DNA from: Bacteroidota bacterium
GTDB taxonomy: Bacteria > Bacteroidota > Bacteroidia > JABEUT01
Assembly (NCBI GenBank): GCA_013289475.1
Contig: JABCZW010000003.1
Location: forward strand, 17,845 to 81,844
DNA length: 64,000 nt
Reading direction: 5' to 3'
This document shows positions 53,201 to 64,000 of the stretch, piece after piece. A program made the translations under genes and the position numbers. Position 1 is the stretch's first letter. Every line of letters begins with the position of its first letter. The notes under the pieces are model-generated. The model was not told the origin of the DNA. It worked only from the letters and a program-made list of their open reading frames with translations, and did no database searches.

Positions 53201-56200
53201 GGTGATAATGTATTATGGGGGTTACCTGATCCACCTACAGATTGTGTCGGGCTTGGAAAATCAGGCGAAGCATACGACAGATTACCTGATACAGCTATTC
53301 CGTTATCAGATGGGGTATAAACAATTCGAGGCGTAAAGTCAATTCCATCAAATGGACCAACGTTAGCAATAGCTTCTAAATCTCCATAATAATCAACAAG
53401 CAAAAGAGCATCAGAAAATGTTTGATAGCTATCCGCATGTAAACCTGTTGGGTTTATCTGGGAGTAAAAAGTCCCACCATAACCACTGTAAACTTGCTGA
53501 AAATCACAAGCAGCATTTATGACCAAAATACTATATGAGGGAACCCACATTATATTCATTCCCCAATCTACATTAGATGCTGTATTAGATATGCCATTAT
53601 CAGATTTGTATCTTGTTTTGCTTGGGTCATATCCCATTCCCAATATGGTAGAGTGAGGATAAACAAACTGCTGAGGAGAGTTACCATGTTGATCGGTTAT
53701 TAATAAATAAATTTCATCAGTCGGATTAGGATTAAATCTAGTTGGAGAAGGTTTTACCCAGCCTGTTAAAGCATATTGATTGTATGTAAATGTTCCCGTT
53801 GGGGGAATAACTTCAACATCACTAGGAGTTGTCGGATATCCATTATACTGATATGTTTGATAGCCATTATTACCAAATGATGCATCCAGATTAAGAGTAG
53901 CATCTAATTTTAATAAACCTGCTTTCCCTCCTTGTTCATTAGTGGCTATAATAAATCCATCAAGAGTGCCACTATTGTAAACGGCCCTTAATCCTTGATA
54001 TTCACCAAAACCAGTATTATAGCTAGAGTTAAATGAAGAACTTCGCTGAATTCCAGATGAAGTATTATAGTAGTAATAAGGACTTCCATTTAAAACTGTA
54101 CCATCTGTCGTACTAACTTCAACTACAAATACATTTTGATTGTATATTGAGGGTGAGGGGTTATAGACTTTCTCTCCTGCTATCAATATAGTATGTGAAG
54201 CATCAGTAGATTCAGTTGTTCTCCAAAAATATCCTTGATTACTACCGGTCTCACCTTGCTGATACACTTGCTCCCAAAGCCATTTGCCATTTGCGTCAAA
54301 TTTAGCTGCTACTGGTTCCCACGTATAATAAGGATTGGTTTCCGTATAACCACATGCTATGTACCCTCCCTCAGCAAGAGGAACAATGTCGTAGAACCAG
54401 TTCTCTCCACCCGTTGTAGAAGCTGCATTAGGAAATAACAGACCCGAAGCATTTGTGTATTGAGGAATATTTGTATACTGCCATTGTATAATAGGCACGT
54501 TTGCAGTACCTAAACCAGTTGCTCTATGAGTTCCATAAATTGAGACTCCGAAATATTTATTGGCCAGTGAGCAACTATTGCAACCTGTCACGTTTCCATT
54601 CTTAATATTAATGGTATAGGTTTGCCCAGGAGTTAATCCAGATGCTTTCACTGAAGGGTTTAAACCAATAATTGCGGGTACCGTATCCGAAGCAATAAGG
54701 CTTAAGCCGCCACAACTACCACTATATAGTTGCAATACATTAATATTTGCAACTGGAGTATCTGCTGCATTAAAGGGGTGGGTAAAATCAATAATCATAT
54801 TAGCAGAGTCGGCCGTAAAGGAAAACCACTCATTACTCTGACCAGGTGAGAAAGAATAATCTACTGGAGAGAATGAAGCAGTAGGGCTAATTATGTTAGC
54901 GCTTGCACATGTATTAGCTTGGCAATTACTTACTAATAATGACTGCGAAGCAGTTGCAGTACAGCCGTAACTATTTGTACCAGTTATCGAATATGTAGTG
55001 GTTGAAGTAGGAGAAACAACAATTGGGTTAGATGTTGCACTTGTACTCCATAAATATGTTGAAGCACCACTGGCAGTTAATGAATCAGAACTACCTGAAC
55101 ATATTCCATATAATGAAGGCGTTATTGTCACAGTAGGAGTAGGATTTACTGTCACCACAACCGTTTGTTGATAGGTACAACCATTCGAGAGAGTTCCTGT
55201 TACAGTATATGTTGTAGTTGAAGTAGGATTAGCCGTGACAGTTGCACCTATTGTTGTATTCAATCCTGTTGATGGTACCCATGAATAAGTACTCGATCCA
55301 CTTGCAGTAAGCGTGGTTGAGTTCCCGCTACAGATAGTTGCAGAACTTGGCGATATAACTGGTTTTGCTCCACTATATGCTGCTACGTAATTTACGCCTG
55401 ATGGAGGAGGCGCAAATTGCCCGCCTGCATAGAGAACTCCATTGGTTGCAGTTAATGCAAAAACATCGCTATTAAGTACACCGCTGCCTGTTGATAAGGC
55501 TGACCAGGCTGAACCGTTCCACTCGGCAGTAAAGTTAACACTAACCCCGCCAGCATCCTGGAAATCGCCGCCCGCTATAATGTTGCCGTTAAAATTCGTC
55601 AGTGCATATACGTTGGCATTATCTCCATTATTGACTGTCATCCCACTGTTGCCACCATTACTTAATTTACTCCATGCTGAACCCGTTGTACTCCATGAGG
55701 CTATGTTATTAAAGCCTGATGAGCCTCCTGCATTATTAAAATCACCTCCTACATATAAAGTAGTTCCATTTGAAGTTAATGCCATAACAGGTGCATCATA
55801 AGCAGCAGAAGCAACACCTGCCGGGCTTATTATAGTCGTACTGCTAACTCCTGTATTGCCCCCTGATGTCAGGGTTGTCCAGTTGGAGCCCGTCCATTCC
55901 ACGATATTGTTTACTGTTGTTCCATTTGCTGTATTAAACTTTCCACCTGCATATAAATTACCATTGCACATTGTTAATGCATAAACTGGTCCGCTTACCC
56001 CTGCACTGCCACCTGATGGTGTTAAAGTTGACCATGCAGATGAACCGGTATTCCATGAAGCGATGTAATTAGAAGTAGTCCCATTTGCGGTTGTAAATTG
56101 TCCACCTGCATATAGTGTTGAGCCATTAATGGTTAAAGCATTTACTGTTCCATTGGTACCGGAGCCCATTGCTGACCAAGAAGATGAACTTGTGTTCCAC

Positions 56201-58815
56201 ACTGCTATATTATTAACTGTAGTGGTACCTGCTTTGGTAAAGCTTCCACCTACATAAATGTTTGAACCACTAACTGCTATGGCATAAATTGTTCCATTAA
56301 CGTACCCAAGATTTGACCAAGCAGAACCGTTCCATTTCAATACATAATTATTTGCTCCACAGTTACCGTAGTTAATACCAACATACAAATTGGAACCATC
56401 AGGACATAATGCATATGCCATATCGCAAGTTCCTCCGTTCATCTGTGTCCATTGCGCCGCCGGCTGGGTTATTGTTTCTGAAGCAGTGGTTGTGCAACCT
56501 ACATTATCGGTTACTGTAGCAATATAAATTCCCGCAGCAAGACTTGTCGCGGTAGCGTTTGTCTGAACAGGTGATGTATTCCATGAATAGGTATAAGGTG
56601 ATGTTCCTCCACTTGGGGTAGCTGTTGCACTTCCATTATTACTTCCTGCACAGGTTACATTAGTACCTGAAGCACTTGCTGAAAAAGAAGGATCAACAGT
56701 TACAATAACGGATGCAGTATTTACACAACCGTTAGCGTTTGTTCCGGTTACTGTATATGTTTTAGTCGATGTAGGATTTGCTGTTACAGTAGCTCCTGTT
56801 GTTGCGCTCAATCCGGTAGAGGGGCTCCAGGTATATGTGCTGGCTCCGGATGCCGTTAGTGAACTTGAACTACCATAACATATTGTGGGTGCTGATGGAG
56901 ACACAGATATTGTTGGCAATAGGTTTACTGTTACAACAACAGTTTGTGTGTTTACACAACCATTTGAGTTTGTTCCTGTTACTGTATAAGTTATCGTCGA
57001 AGAAGGATTCGCAGTCACCGTTGCACCTGTTGTAGCCGTAAGATTAGTATTTGATGCCCATGTATAAGTACTTGCTCCTGATGCTGTCAACGAAGTTGAG
57101 CTTCCTATACATATAGAAGGAGCAGAAGGAGATACAGATACAGTTGGTAATGAGTTTACTGTTACTACAACTGTTTGTGTATTTGTACAACCATTAGAAG
57201 CTGTACCGGTTACTGTATATGTTTTAGTTGAAGTAGGGTTTGCGGTTACAGTTGCTCCGGTAGTTGCACTTAGATTAGTATTCGGTGCCCATGTATATGT
57301 ACTTGCTCCGCTTGCAGTAAGTGAGGTTGATCCTCCGATACAATATGCTGCAGAGGAAGGAGATATTGATACTGTAGGTGATGTGTTTATAGTTACGCTT
57401 ACTGAAAGCCTTGATGTGCTTTCACATCCACTTACAGTTTGGCTGGCATAATATGTAGTTCCATTGGTTAAAGCGGTTGAAGTTGCCAATGATGAGCCGC
57501 CACTGGATGCAGCATACCATAAAATAGAAGAACCTGTTGCAGTTAAACTTGAAATTGTAGCACTTGTTGCGCTACAAAAAACTTGTGGCGTACTGCCGGT
57601 TGGTGCAGAAGGTATCGCATTGATAATAATTGCACCTGATACCGCACTAGTTGCTGCTGAGCAAGGTGAAGCTCCGCTTACAATACAATAGTAATATAGT
57701 GTGCCTGCTGTTGACGTCGAAGGTGTATAATTGCTTGAGGTTGCTCCACTGATAGATGTGCCACCACTATTTGAACTGGATGTATTTTTGTACCATTGGT
57801 AAGTTAATGAAGTACCTGTTGCGGTTACTGACATAACTGATGCTGTGGCATTCTGACATATAGTTTGTGTGCCTGTGGACTGAGAACTTATGGATGGTGG
57901 TGCATTTATAACTATTGCTCCCGATACACTACTGGTAACAGGACAGCCTCCTTGTGATTCAACTATACAATAATAATACAGTGTGCCTGCTGTCGAAGTT
58001 GAAGGTGTATAACTGCTTGAAGTTGCTCCGCTAATTGATGTTCCTCCGCTATTGGAATTACTGGTATTGCTATACCACTGATATGTTAAGGTTGTTCCTG
58101 TTGCAGTTACTGAAAGTGCTGTTGCAGAACCACTCTGGCATATAGTTTGTGTTGAGGCAGATGGTTGAGTGGTAATATTTGGATTTGAACAAGCTGGGGT
58201 AACTGTTACCTGAACTGCCATTGGAAGTTTATCAATGGTTCCGGTTTCGCTACCCAAGGCTGAAGATGTGTTTGCTGTGGATTCCCAGTATTCATCTGCA
58301 TTTCCAGATACAGTATAATAATAGAGTATTGGATTATTTGCACAAGTAACTGTAGTACCCCAATCACATTCAACTAAAATTTCTAAGTTGTTAGATGAGT
58401 ATGTAAAATTAGTACCCAATGTTACAGTATGCCAGCCACTACTTGTAAATGAAACATTACCGGAATAAACCAATGTCGCCCCTGAAGTTGCACTTGTCCA
58501 GCTACCTGCACTTAAAGTACTTGATGAAGTAGATTTCATGTATATCTTAACCGGAATACTGGTTTGCGATCCTGATATTTGATCGAATGCAACTGTTGAG
58601 ATAGTACCAAAAGCAAGTGAACTGCTAGGATAAATACATGCTTCTGCGGTATACTTTGCATCGCAAATATCTACTGGCGCATAGGTACCATTTGAGCACG
58701 AACTGCATGAAGAACTTGGAAGGGAATAAGTTGTTTGAGCAAAATCTGTTTTGCTAAATAATAAGCTGCATAGGGCTAAGCTTATGGAAATAAATCTTAA
58801 TGTGGAGTTCTTCAT
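50251..58815 (-). CDS. giant (2854 aa) T9SS-secreted multidomain adhesin-like protein
   Basis: It has a signal peptide; Ig-like repeats (TLTYQWY..N...[22 protein letters not shown]); PKD/Ig-like repeats ([30 protein letters not shown]); an SprB repeat; about 8 propeller-like repeats of roughly 45 aa (N.IA.W...W...G.G.NG.V.AL...G..LY.GG.F); and a beta-helix-like region. The C-terminal type A sorting domain is [16 protein letters not shown]...GKFIVAR. Confidence 0.8.
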   Translation of the reverse strand: MKNSTLRFISISLALCSLLFSKTDFAQTTYSLPSSSCSSCSNGTYAPVDICDAKYTAEACIYPSSSLAFGTISTVAFDQISGSQTSIPVKIYMKSTSSSTLSAGSWTSATSGATLVYSGNVSFTSSGWHTVTLGTNFTYSSNNLEILVECDWGTTVTCANNPILYYYTVSGNADEYWESTANTSSALGSETGTIDKLPMAVQVTVTPACSNPNITTQPSASTQTICQSGSATALSVTATGTTLTYQWYSNTSNSNSGGTSISGATSSSYTPSTSTAGTLYYYCIVESQGGCPVTSSVSGAIVINAPPSISSQSTGTQTICQNATASVMSVTATGTSLTYQWYKNTSSSNSGGTSISGATSSNYTPSTSTAGTLYYYCIVSGASPCSAATSAVSGAIIINAIPSAPTGSTPQVFCSATSATISSLTATGSSILWYAASSGGSSLATSTALTNGTTYYASQTVSGCESTSRLSVSVTINTSPTVSISPSSAAYCIGGSTSLTASGASTYTWAPNTNLSATTGATVTANPTSTKTYTVTGTASNGCTNTQTVVVTVNSLPTVSVSPSAPSICIGSSTSLTASGASTYTWASNTNLTATTGATVTANPSSTITYTVTGTNSNGCVNTQTVVVTVNLLPTISVSPSAPTICYGSSSSLTASGASTYTWSPSTGLSATTGATVTANPTSTKTYTVTGTNANGCVNTASVIVTVDPSFSASASGTNVTCAGSNNGSATATPSGGTSPYTYSWNTSPVQTNATATSLAAGIYIATVTDNVGCTTTASETITQPAAQWTQMNGGTCDMAYALCPDGSNLYVGINYGNCGANNYVLKWNGSAWSNLGYVNGTIYAIAVSGSNIYVGGSFTKAGTTTVNNIAVWNTSSSSWSAMGSGTNGTVNALTINGSTLYAGGQFTTANGTTSNYIASWNTGSSAWSTLTPSGGSAGVSGPVYALTMCNGNLYAGGKFNTANGTTVNNIVEWTGSNWTTLTSGGNTGVSSTTIISPAGVASAAYDAPVMALTSNGTTLYVGGDFNNAGGSSGFNNIASWSTTGSAWSKLSNGGNSGMTVNNGDNANVYALTNFNGNIIAGGDFQDAGGVSVNFTAEWNGSAWSALSTGSGVLNSDVFALTATNGVLYAGGQFAPPPSGVNYVAAYSGAKPVISPSSATICSGNSTTLTASGSSTYSWVPSTGLNTTIGATVTANPTSTTTYTVTGTLSNGCTYQQTVVVTVNPTPTVTITPSLYGICSGSSDSLTASGASTYLWSTSATSNPIVVSPTSTTTYSITGTNSYGCTATASQSLLVSNCQANTCASANIISPTASFSPVDYSFSPGQSNEWFSFTADSANMIIDFTHPFNAADTPVANINVLQLYSGSCGGLSLIASDTVPAIIGLNPSVKASGLTPGQTYTINIKNGNVTGCNSCSLANKYFGVSIYGTHRATGLGTANVPIIQWQYTNIPQYTNASGLLFPNAASTTGGENWFYDIVPLAEGGYIACGYTETNPYYTWEPVAAKFDANGKWLWEQVYQQGETGSNQGYFWRTTESTDASHTILIAGEKVYNPSPSIYNQNVFVVEVSTTDGTVLNGSPYYYYNTSSGIQRSSSFNSSYNTGFGEYQGLRAVYNSGTLDGFIIATNEQGGKAGLLKLDATLNLDASFGNNGYQTYQYNGYPTTPSDVEVIPPTGTFTYNQYALTGWVKPSPTRFNPNPTDEIYLLITDQHGNSPQQFVYPHSTILGMGYDPSKTRYKSDNGISNTASNVDWGMNIMWVPSYSILVINAACDFQQVYSGYGGTFYSQINPTGLHADSYQTFSDALLLVDYYGDLEAIANVGPFDGIDFTPRIVYTPSDNGIAVSGNLSYASPDFPSPTQSVGGSGNPHNTLSPTLFGVNVDIVKLDQNLNVIWNQQYRAWAGHNSSTPPNAAVECNWGFAVTSDGGFILSGNNELNDEDYAILKLYPPTGTTAVSQINESTIDPLLDIQITPAMSPYHLTGNIEGVVDVEPGATVIVDNLSTTYFADKLETGLDSKIVVEQGGSIVNPSNPNGGKLQIFGTVTAIPGNVNGGTMWQGIEVGGDVTKIPPAAVQGKVTITGPGGTNTIPQISNAINGVTTARFNAEYIPDLTTSGSSVVSSNSALFQNNWRSIQIMPRGTYGGNSNLANSQFLQNAAIGHHLLPYYSVSITGNSATINNNKFLVDNTYWGTLNASNALASGISLNNSNLSPTNNTFTDLYTAIYQTTSIPTINVTISANTFTNDYTSVTLSGSSYSSVNSNTFVINKALHQPSSPAPLGWSPSGIVLNNCHHYSVQDNSLTSTSAIWAYGIVVTNSNYGSFTENEVVNNNTLSNYTPFQTYYLIGNKYRAGGVAIQPQGDNQYLQVRCNTNSTNNIDISAMPQIGYPTFPVANQQGTCLSCITYPTLCESAPAGNIFSYPSTSTCSGDFDIYSSSYSFTYTHHTNSATTPGASCYNSPVTPTSCAGVTYTNWSTDACPDQLVSCCGGGHYSCCISNHSALKLKHDSMQSVIDSGNATRLFSILHTGTPAQIQDSLLAHSPYLSDSLLLATIHDSLPADTLRNILIPNSPLTGQVIQAALALSLPGTVREQIEAAQDGGPSGRRQLEHAIGYYAFQEDISANGLIRSYLADTTINGQDSALVFLATIPGVESMSEQADINISMGQYSAASSLVSEIQTTGLMNDFCSLSNVLIQLGNSGKTVYQMDSVQIDTVTNIAYRTIQAQSTKNAQAILMQVYGLSFHDTILPILDSGSGHRAIISQNNQQNGSNENVIAQGNVKLYPNPANNRLTIEYNLNNNSMSTLVVYDLLGNKIQSYDLPTSQTIITEDISNLSAGFYVYCVETSDKIAQRGKFIVAR

Positions 58816-59250
58816 GGTGATGGTTTTAATTGGTAGCTATTAAATATGAATTTGTGGTTGCTTTGGAAATGCAGAAGGTGTTTTTAGGCAAAAAGATTGC
58901 AGATTCCTGCTGTGAATGCGCACAACAGAGCAAAAGCTGTAAGGCAATCTTTTATTAGTTCTTTCTTTTAACAAAATTAAGCGTGGTCAAGCTTGTCCTA
59001 TCCAAAAATTAAAACCAAGCCTGTAGATTTCTAGGAGTTAATTTTTACAAGTATAGGAAAGAAATTTGAAATAAAGATGAAGTGACGGTTATTTCTTTCA
59101 AAACATCCATTAAGTACGTCAAATTTGTATTATCCTTAATAGAGAATTACTATTAAAGCATAGTTACGGACGGGCCAGCCCTACTATTAGCTCATCGGGG
59201 CTTATTTATAAATCTTATTTTTTACATCTATAGCGCGGAAAAACAGAATT

Positions 59251-59277
59251 GGTGTGCACTTTTGGTGTGCGCTTTTG
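59251..59277. repeat. direct repeat GGTGTGCACTTTT / GGTGTGCGCTTTT in the upstream region of the giant T9SS gene
   Basis: Two adjacent 13-nt units with palindromic GTGCAC/GTGCGC cores, about 440 bp upstream of the 58815 start. Confidence 0.5.
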
Positions 59278-59325
59278 TATGGTTTTTGCTCTCTTTTGCA
59301 TAATTTTGTCTTGAATTCATTGATA

Positions 59326-59345
59326 ATGAGTAGAATTGATTCTAC
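59326..59345. terminator. perfect hairpin GAGTAGAAT-TG-ATTCTACTC downstream of the alpha/beta hydrolase gene
   Basis: A 9-bp perfect inverted repeat sits 17 bp past the stop of the minus-strand gene, with a weak U-tract. Confidence 0.35.
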
Positions 59346-59361
59346 TCAGAGATGACATCTA

Positions 59362-60510
59362 TTATTTTTTCAGAAGTTCAGCTAATACCTTTTTGCCATT
59401 TTCATTTTTAGGGTTTAGCTCAACTGATTTTTGGTACATTTTAATAGCTTCACCCTTTTGGTTGCTCTGTAGAAGAGCATCCCCATAGCTATCATAAGCA
59501 TTCCAACTCGAAGGATATAAAGTAACAAGCAGTTTAAACATTTCTAAGGCCTTTGCATAATTCCCTCTTGCTAATAACATATATCCCCAATTATTCAGAC
59601 TGTATTCCGAATGGTCAGCTTCTACCATCGTACTTGATGCGTTAATGGCATAATCCAATGCGCGTTTATCAATCTTGCTTTTCTTATCATCATCACAGGT
59701 TTCAGCATACGACCTTGCAACAGTGCATATTATTAAACCTGGATTATCGCCCCATATATAATGTCCGCACCCGTGAGCAGTAATCTCAATGCTTTTATGA
59801 CGATTAGCAACAAATTTTTTGTGGCATTCTCTCCATCTCTCCATATCTGCTGTATCATCTTGGGGTGGTACTCCGCTTGTGAAAAGTACCACCGGGATAC
59901 TTTGAGGTATGGTCATAGTGCTCATCAGTTTTGACGTTTTTGGGAAATTTACTGCTGTATAATACTGCCACCAATCATGGCTTGCTTTGCTTTCTTTTGC
60001 CGCTTCCTCACCTTCTATGGTATCTTTTTTTGTTAGTTTATCGTAAAAATTCAGATTGACATCAATCAGCACAATAGATTTTACAAGGTCAGGGTGTTTA
60101 ACGGAATAAAGGGTTGAATAATATCCCCCATACGAATGCGAAACCAACATTATTTGCTTGTCATAACCCAATTTTTTCAGTGCATTCTCCAAATCAGCAA
60201 ATTCGTCAAGTATTCCGTGTTTCATTGAATCTGCCGGCAAGGTGTCAATAGTGCTTTTACCACAACCTGCCCTGTCATAAGTAATTAATGTGGCGCCGAT
60301 TATTTCTGAAATGGGCTTTATAAGCGTATCCCAACGCGACCCATCATCGCCCGCACCCGATTCAAATAGGATAGGCATTCCCTGTCCTTTAGTTATTCTA
60401 AAATGCAGGCTGTGGTTCCCGACATTCACTAACGTGTCAATAGTTTGTGATTTGCTTTCTTGAACATACAAGAGCAAGGAAATTAAGAAGACATTCAATA
60501 GTAATTTCAT
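59362..60510 (-). CDS. secreted alpha/beta hydrolase with C-terminal TPR repeats
   Basis: It has a signal peptide, a GxSxG nucleophile elbow (VSHSYGGY) and C-terminal TPR-like helices (...YAKALEMFKLL...GEAIKMYQKSVELNP). Confidence 0.7.
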   Translation of the reverse strand: MKLLLNVFLISLLLYVQESKSQTIDTLVNVGNHSLHFRITKGQGMPILFESGAGDDGSRWDTLIKPISEIIGATLITYDRAGCGKSTIDTLPADSMKHGILDEFADLENALKKLGYDKQIMLVSHSYGGYYSTLYSVKHPDLVKSIVLIDVNLNFYDKLTKKDTIEGEEAAKESKASHDWWQYYTAVNFPKTSKLMSTMTIPQSIPVVLFTSGVPPQDDTADMERWRECHKKFVANRHKSIEITAHGCGHYIWGDNPGLIICTVARSYAETCDDDKKSKIDKRALDYAINASSTMVEADHSEYSLNNWGYMLLARGNYAKALEMFKLLVTLYPSSWNAYDSYGDALLQSNQKGEAIKMYQKSVELNPKNENGKKVLAELLKK

Positions 60511-60602
60511 TTTCCTGATTTTTATTTTTACAAGTGCCGAATTACTCCGAAAAAGGAAGGAGCAAGAATTGTAAAATTAACTTTTCTAAAATAGTGCAAT
60601 CG

Positions 60603-61433
60603 TTATACTACAATGTACTGGATTATCCCCATCCCCTGAAAATTCTTATTATAACCAGTGGCTTCCAGTTTCAGAAAAAAACCGCACCCCGGAGGAACTT
60701 GGATTTCTTCTGTCAGGGTATTAGAAGAGATATTAGCATTGTATGGGCCGGCGTCTATAAATATAGGACTTTCCGATGCTACACCTGTCAGGCTATTTAC
60801 TATTCTATATCTTAGATTGAAGTCAGCGAGATTATTATTTTGGATAGTGATGCGTTGGAGGCGAATTGTTTTTCCCGCCACATTTTTAATTTCTGTTTCC
60901 TGAAACCCTTTGAGTTCATCACGTGCGTTTATTTTCAGTGCACCGGCAGTTGGCTCTTTGAACGCGTCGCATTCTTCCAGGTAGCTTCTCATTTCTTTAA
61001 AATCATCACCAAATATATTCCTGCTGAATTCATGTGCCCGTTGCAGCATCTTTATATATGGCAGGGGATCGGATTTTCTTGAGAGGCTTCTCAAGGCAAC
61101 TATATAATCCTCTCTAAATACAGTAGGAATAATAATCTTAGCCTGATACTGCGCGGACAATTCAGCATTCATCATGATTCTTGCCAGACGCCCATTACCA
61201 TCAAGGAAAGGATGCACCTCACTTATCAGGAACATCATGTATGCTGCTTTTGCGAAAGGATGGCGCAGAGCCACATAATAATCAAAGCCCTTTATCAATG
61301 TTCCAGTTACCAGGTTAAAATCCACAAACTGTGTTCCACCGGCAAAATTGTTCTTGTCCTTAAATTGCCCACCTAAGTACCTTAAAACAACTTCTGGCAA
61401 TAGGCTGAAGGCTTTGTGACTTAATGGAAACAT
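60603..61433 (-). CDS. Fic/DOC-family protein (AMPylase-type motif)
   Basis: The canonical Fic motif HPFLDGNGRLARIM is present at about residue 75. I found no intrinsic inhibitory (S/T)xxxE(G/N) helix. Confidence 0.75.
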   Translation of the reverse strand: MFPLSHKAFSLLPEVVLRYLGGQFKDKNNFAGGTQFVDFNLVTGTLIKGFDYYVALRHPFAKAAYMMFLISEVHPFLDGNGRLARIMMNAELSAQYQAKIIIPTVFREDYIVALRSLSRKSDPLPYIKMLQRAHEFSRNIFGDDFKEMRSYLEECDAFKEPTAGALKINARDELKGFQETEIKNVAGKTIRLQRITIQNNNLADFNLRYRIVNSLTGVASESPIFIDAGPYNANISSNTLTEEIQVPPGCGFFLKLEATGYNKNFQGMGIIQYIVV

Positions 61434-61692
61434 TATTATACACCGCAGATGAATGGCTCGTATAGTATCAAGGAAGTTTTACCAGCATTAGTGCCATTGT
61501 TATCCTAAGAGCATTTACAGATTGGTAACGGGGCTCAAGTACCACCTTTTATAATCTACGATTTGAAAAGGATATGGAAAAGGTAAAAGAAATACGAAAG
61601 AACCTTCTTGGCTACTGCGAGTTGGATACTCTTGCTATGGCAAAGTTACTTGATAAGCTTTATAATGTTTACAGCTTAAGGTAATATTCCAA

Positions 61693-62004
61693 TTATCGAT
61701 TGAATTTGTATGGAGACTGTTGGTAAAGCTCGTGAATTAGCATTGCGAGTAGAAAATTAGACCATTTATATAGCCAGTATTCATTGCAGATTATATACTC
61801 ATACATTTCATGAGGGCTATCAAGTGTTAACCAGTCGTCCGGATTTTCATCATAAGGAGAGAGATCTAATGTTTCCTTAACATACGAAGCAAAATGTTCA
61901 ACTGCTTGGGGCAGGATAAAGTCCCATTGTTCGGTTTTCATAATATTTACAATTTTAGGATTTTGATAGATTTGATTTTCTCTTGAATTCAAAGTGTTGC
62001 TCAA
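61693..62004 (-). CDS. small hypothetical protein; candidate Fic antitoxin-like (contains SPYDEN = SxxxE[GN])
   Basis: 103 aa, on the same strand upstream of the Fic gene across a 260-bp gap. The motif match is short, so this is weak evidence. Confidence 0.3.
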   Translation of the reverse strand: MSNTLNSRENQIYQNPKIVNIMKTEQWDFILPQAVEHFASYVKETLDLSPYDENPDDWLTLDSPHEMYEYIICNEYWLYKWSNFLLAMLIHELYQQSPYKFNR

Positions 62005-62230
62005 CCAGTTCTCCTACCTGAAATTTGAATAAAAACTTCGCAGCATCTTCATCATCATCAACATTCATATCTTGATATTCTCCTGCTAATGCTACGGTTC
62101 CATCTAATAAAATACATACCCATTCATCTCCTCGAACCATCTCCATATACCAAGGATCATACAACCTATCGACTTTATCAATCGCTAATTCTAAGGCTTC
62201 CTTCTCTGTCAACGTGACTTTGTTTTTCAT
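61955..62230 (-). CDS. small acidic hypothetical protein
   Basis: 91 aa. Its end overlaps the downstream gene, within a tandem same-strand array. Confidence 0.3.
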   Translation of the reverse strand: MKNKVTLTEKEALELAIDKVDRLYDPWYMEMVRGDEWVCILLDGTVALAGEYQDMNVDDDEDAAKFLFKFQVGELVEQHFEFKRKSNLSKS

Positions 62231-62406
62231 GATATGTTTGTTTATCAGTTACTATAGTTAAATTCCCTTTAAGCGCCTTTATGCCACGTGACAATCTATT
62301 TGCTCGACTGTATGACCGGGATACTTCTTGTAAATGCCCATAACAATCTTTTCCCACTCCTTCATCGGGCATTTCATCCCTCATCATGGCACACCATCTG
62401 GATTAA

Positions 62407-62895
62407 TTAACTGTGCATACTTATAAATACTACATACAATTGACCTTCTTCCTCCTTGTTAACCATATTAGTTACTCCGAATTCGTCATACTTGTAACCG
62501 TAATATGAGTTCTCTAACACATTAAAGGTTTCTTTAGGTATATCGCAGAGTTCATATAATTGGTCCGCATACTTCTTAAGTAGCCATATTTCATGGCGGT
62601 CCCACTTAGTGAAATCAGTTTCTCCATTGGCTATTATCTCTTTGACGGCCAATATGTAATCATCAACGTTAAACCATCCTTTTACCATAGAGTTTATACT
62701 TTCAATCGTTTCTGTGGCCTCGGGAGGGTAAGACCCGTCCTTGTCGTTGATAAAAACTTCGTTGGCTTCGGAGACCGCCCCGCAAATAGTACGCCAATTA
62801 TTGTCGTCACCATATTCCGAAATTTCGCTTTCTACGTAGTCGCAAGCCTCTTTTGGACTTTTTGCTTTTACTACTGCTAAATGTAGGTTATACAT
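62407..62895 (-). CDS. hypothetical protein (162 aa), first gene of a tandem small-gene array
   Basis: Coding-like composition and acidic; it superficially resembles immunity-protein-type small cytoplasmic proteins. No family recognised. Confidence 0.4.
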   Translation of the reverse strand: MYNLHLAVVKAKSPKEACDYVESEISEYGDDNNWRTICGAVSEANEVFINDKDGSYPPEATETIESINSMVKGWFNVDDYILAVKEIIANGETDFTKWDRHEIWLLKKYADQLYELCDIPKETFNVLENSYYGYKYDEFGVTNMVNKEEEGQLYVVFISMHS

Positions 62896-63558
62896 GATTT
62901 GTTGGTTTTAAGATGTTTGCTAACTCTAAAGCCTCTGCTTATAAATAAGTCAAAATAAAATCTATTGCAATTGTTTATCTGTTAGTTGTTGCTTCTTTAC
63001 GATTATAGAAGTATTCCCTTTTATTGTTGCGGCTTCCCAAGAGAATACTTTCTAGCGAATGTTAGCAACCCAAGTTCTGTGTTATACTTGCCCAGGATTG
63101 ATTAGGGAGCTTTCAATAAGGTGCTTCTATGTAAATTCCTTCCTAATCCATTTAATGAGGCGCAGACAGCTCACTCCTTACTTAATATCACAGAGCATAT
63201 CCACAACCTCTATTCCAGGGAATAAAAGTTTACCGAAACAAAAGTTACCTACGTGCCATATAATTCTTGTCGTTTTCACCTGCACATTTTTTCATGTTTA
63301 CTTGTTAACTGAGTCACACGCGAAAATGAGTTACACCGTGAACCCCGTTTACTCACCTCTACACACTCTTCCTTGTATTCAGAAACATATGCAGAGGGGG
63401 AGCGGGAGCTTTTCTTCTTATTTTACTTTACATAAAGTTAACTGACGTAACTGCGTGACCCGTGAACTGTCGTTAACCCCGTGACATGTCACTCCCCTGT
63501 TTCTCTAAGAAAGAGAATACTGGATGGTGAGGGGGTCAACGTGGTAAAGTATAAAATT

Positions 63559-64000
63559 CTACTCCCCAGGTACCCACAGTTTCGTTTTGAGCGGAGGGAT
63601 AGCACCAACCCAGGTAGAAAACTCCTCTGCGAAAACGTCCTTACAGAACTCTATTTCTGTTGCCGGCAGCACGATAGAGTCATGTAATGTGTAAACCGGC
63701 ATATCTATTTTGCGTTTACACAGCCCTCTGGCCACTCCGGACAGCATAACCTGAGCCTCTACATGCTGGAGAAGCACCGGAAGCGCCTTGTGCGTCCGTA
63801 CCTTGTAGGCCTCTAAAAGGGCATAGACTGTCGGGTAAATGGCCTTAAATACCCTCTTGAGCAGCGCACCATCCTGTGAGAAGTACCCGTTCTTGGAGTA
63901 AAGTATCATGTAGGTTGCCTCCTTCATTATCTCCCTGTCGAGGTACATCCCTATGCCTGCCTGTTTGATCCTCTCAATGAAAGCGGTATAAAAATCAACT
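63559..64000 (-). CDS. hypothetical protein, 5' end beyond the window
   Basis: The ORF continues upstream of the annotated Met with no stop up to 64000 (...VDFYTAFIERIKQAGIGMYLDREIMKE...). The stop is at 63559. Family not recognised; it is vaguely polymerase/RT-like around YTLHDSIV, which is not supported. Confidence 0.4.
   Translation of the reverse strand, partial: VDFYTAFIERIKQAGIGMYLDREIMKEATYMILYSKNGYFSQDGALLKRVFKAIYPTVYALLEAYKVRTHKALPVLLQHVEAQVMLSGVARGLCKRKIDMPVYTLHDSIVLPATEIEFCKDVFAEEFSTWVGAIPPLKTKLWVPGE

Noticed and set aside
51378-57691. Several 60-120-aa plus-strand ORFs inside the 2854-aa gene
   Set aside because: They are antisense to a continuous 8.5-kb ORF with a coherent repeat architecture, so they are spurious.
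61575-61688. 37-aa plus-strand ORF (MEKVKEIRKNLLGYCELDTLAMAKLLDKLYNVYSLR) in the gap upstream of the Fic gene
   Set aside because: It is too short and on the opposite strand to the neighbouring genes, with no supporting signal. It is noted only as a possible small protein.
62178-62387. 69-aa minus-strand ORF between small genes
   Set aside because: Its translation is low-complexity and Arg/Ser-rich like an out-of-frame read, and it overlaps the neighbour by 52 bp. I left it unannotated; it may be an artefact.
63059-63445. 128-aa plus-strand ORF in the repeat-rich non-coding region
   Set aside because: It has no coding-like composition and spans the repeats and palindrome, so it is probably spurious.
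1-64000. CRISPR arrays, rRNA genes, IS elements or integrases
   Set aside because: I found no regularly spaced direct repeats, no rRNA-like conserved stretches, and no transposase or tyrosine/serine recombinase motifs in any ORF.

Overview
This is a 64 kb, low-GC chromosomal window that looks Bacteroidota-like (Sphingobacteriia/Chitinophagia style). The evidence is T9SS C-terminal sorting domains, GloVer and SprB repeats, and TAnnTTTG -7 promoter motifs. Content runs as follows: a heavy-metal RND efflux cluster (TolC C-terminus, adaptor, CzcA/CusA pump); a roughly 19 kb glycan biosynthesis and export locus exported by an ABC transporter (Wzm/Wzt), with a 1243-aa T9SS cargo protein inserted in it; housekeeping genes (gatC, hflX); two tandem periplasmic amidohydrolases; a second nucleotide-sugar operon (WbpD/WbpB/WbpA-like plus rfbB, with rfbA nearby); PPIase, SDR and a trans-sulfuration PLP enzyme; a DUF5686 protein, lptB and a UvrD-family helicase-nuclease; tRNA-Arg(CCG) followed by a small accessory islet of secreted and lipoproteins flanked by tRNA-like repeat fragments; T9SS cargo proteins including a 2854-aa giant; a secreted alpha/beta hydrolase with TPR repeats; and a Fic-domain protein with a tandem array of small genes. 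The window ends in a structured non-coding stretch and a partial gene. I found no rRNA, CRISPR array or clear integrase/transposase. The most interesting candidates are the heavily decorated, probably capped glycan locus (sulfotransferase, methyltransferases, Wzt with a C-terminal extension); homopolymeric tracts positioned to phase-vary T9SS surface proteins; the tRNA-Arg-adjacent islet with tRNA-like repeats; and the Fic/small-gene module.
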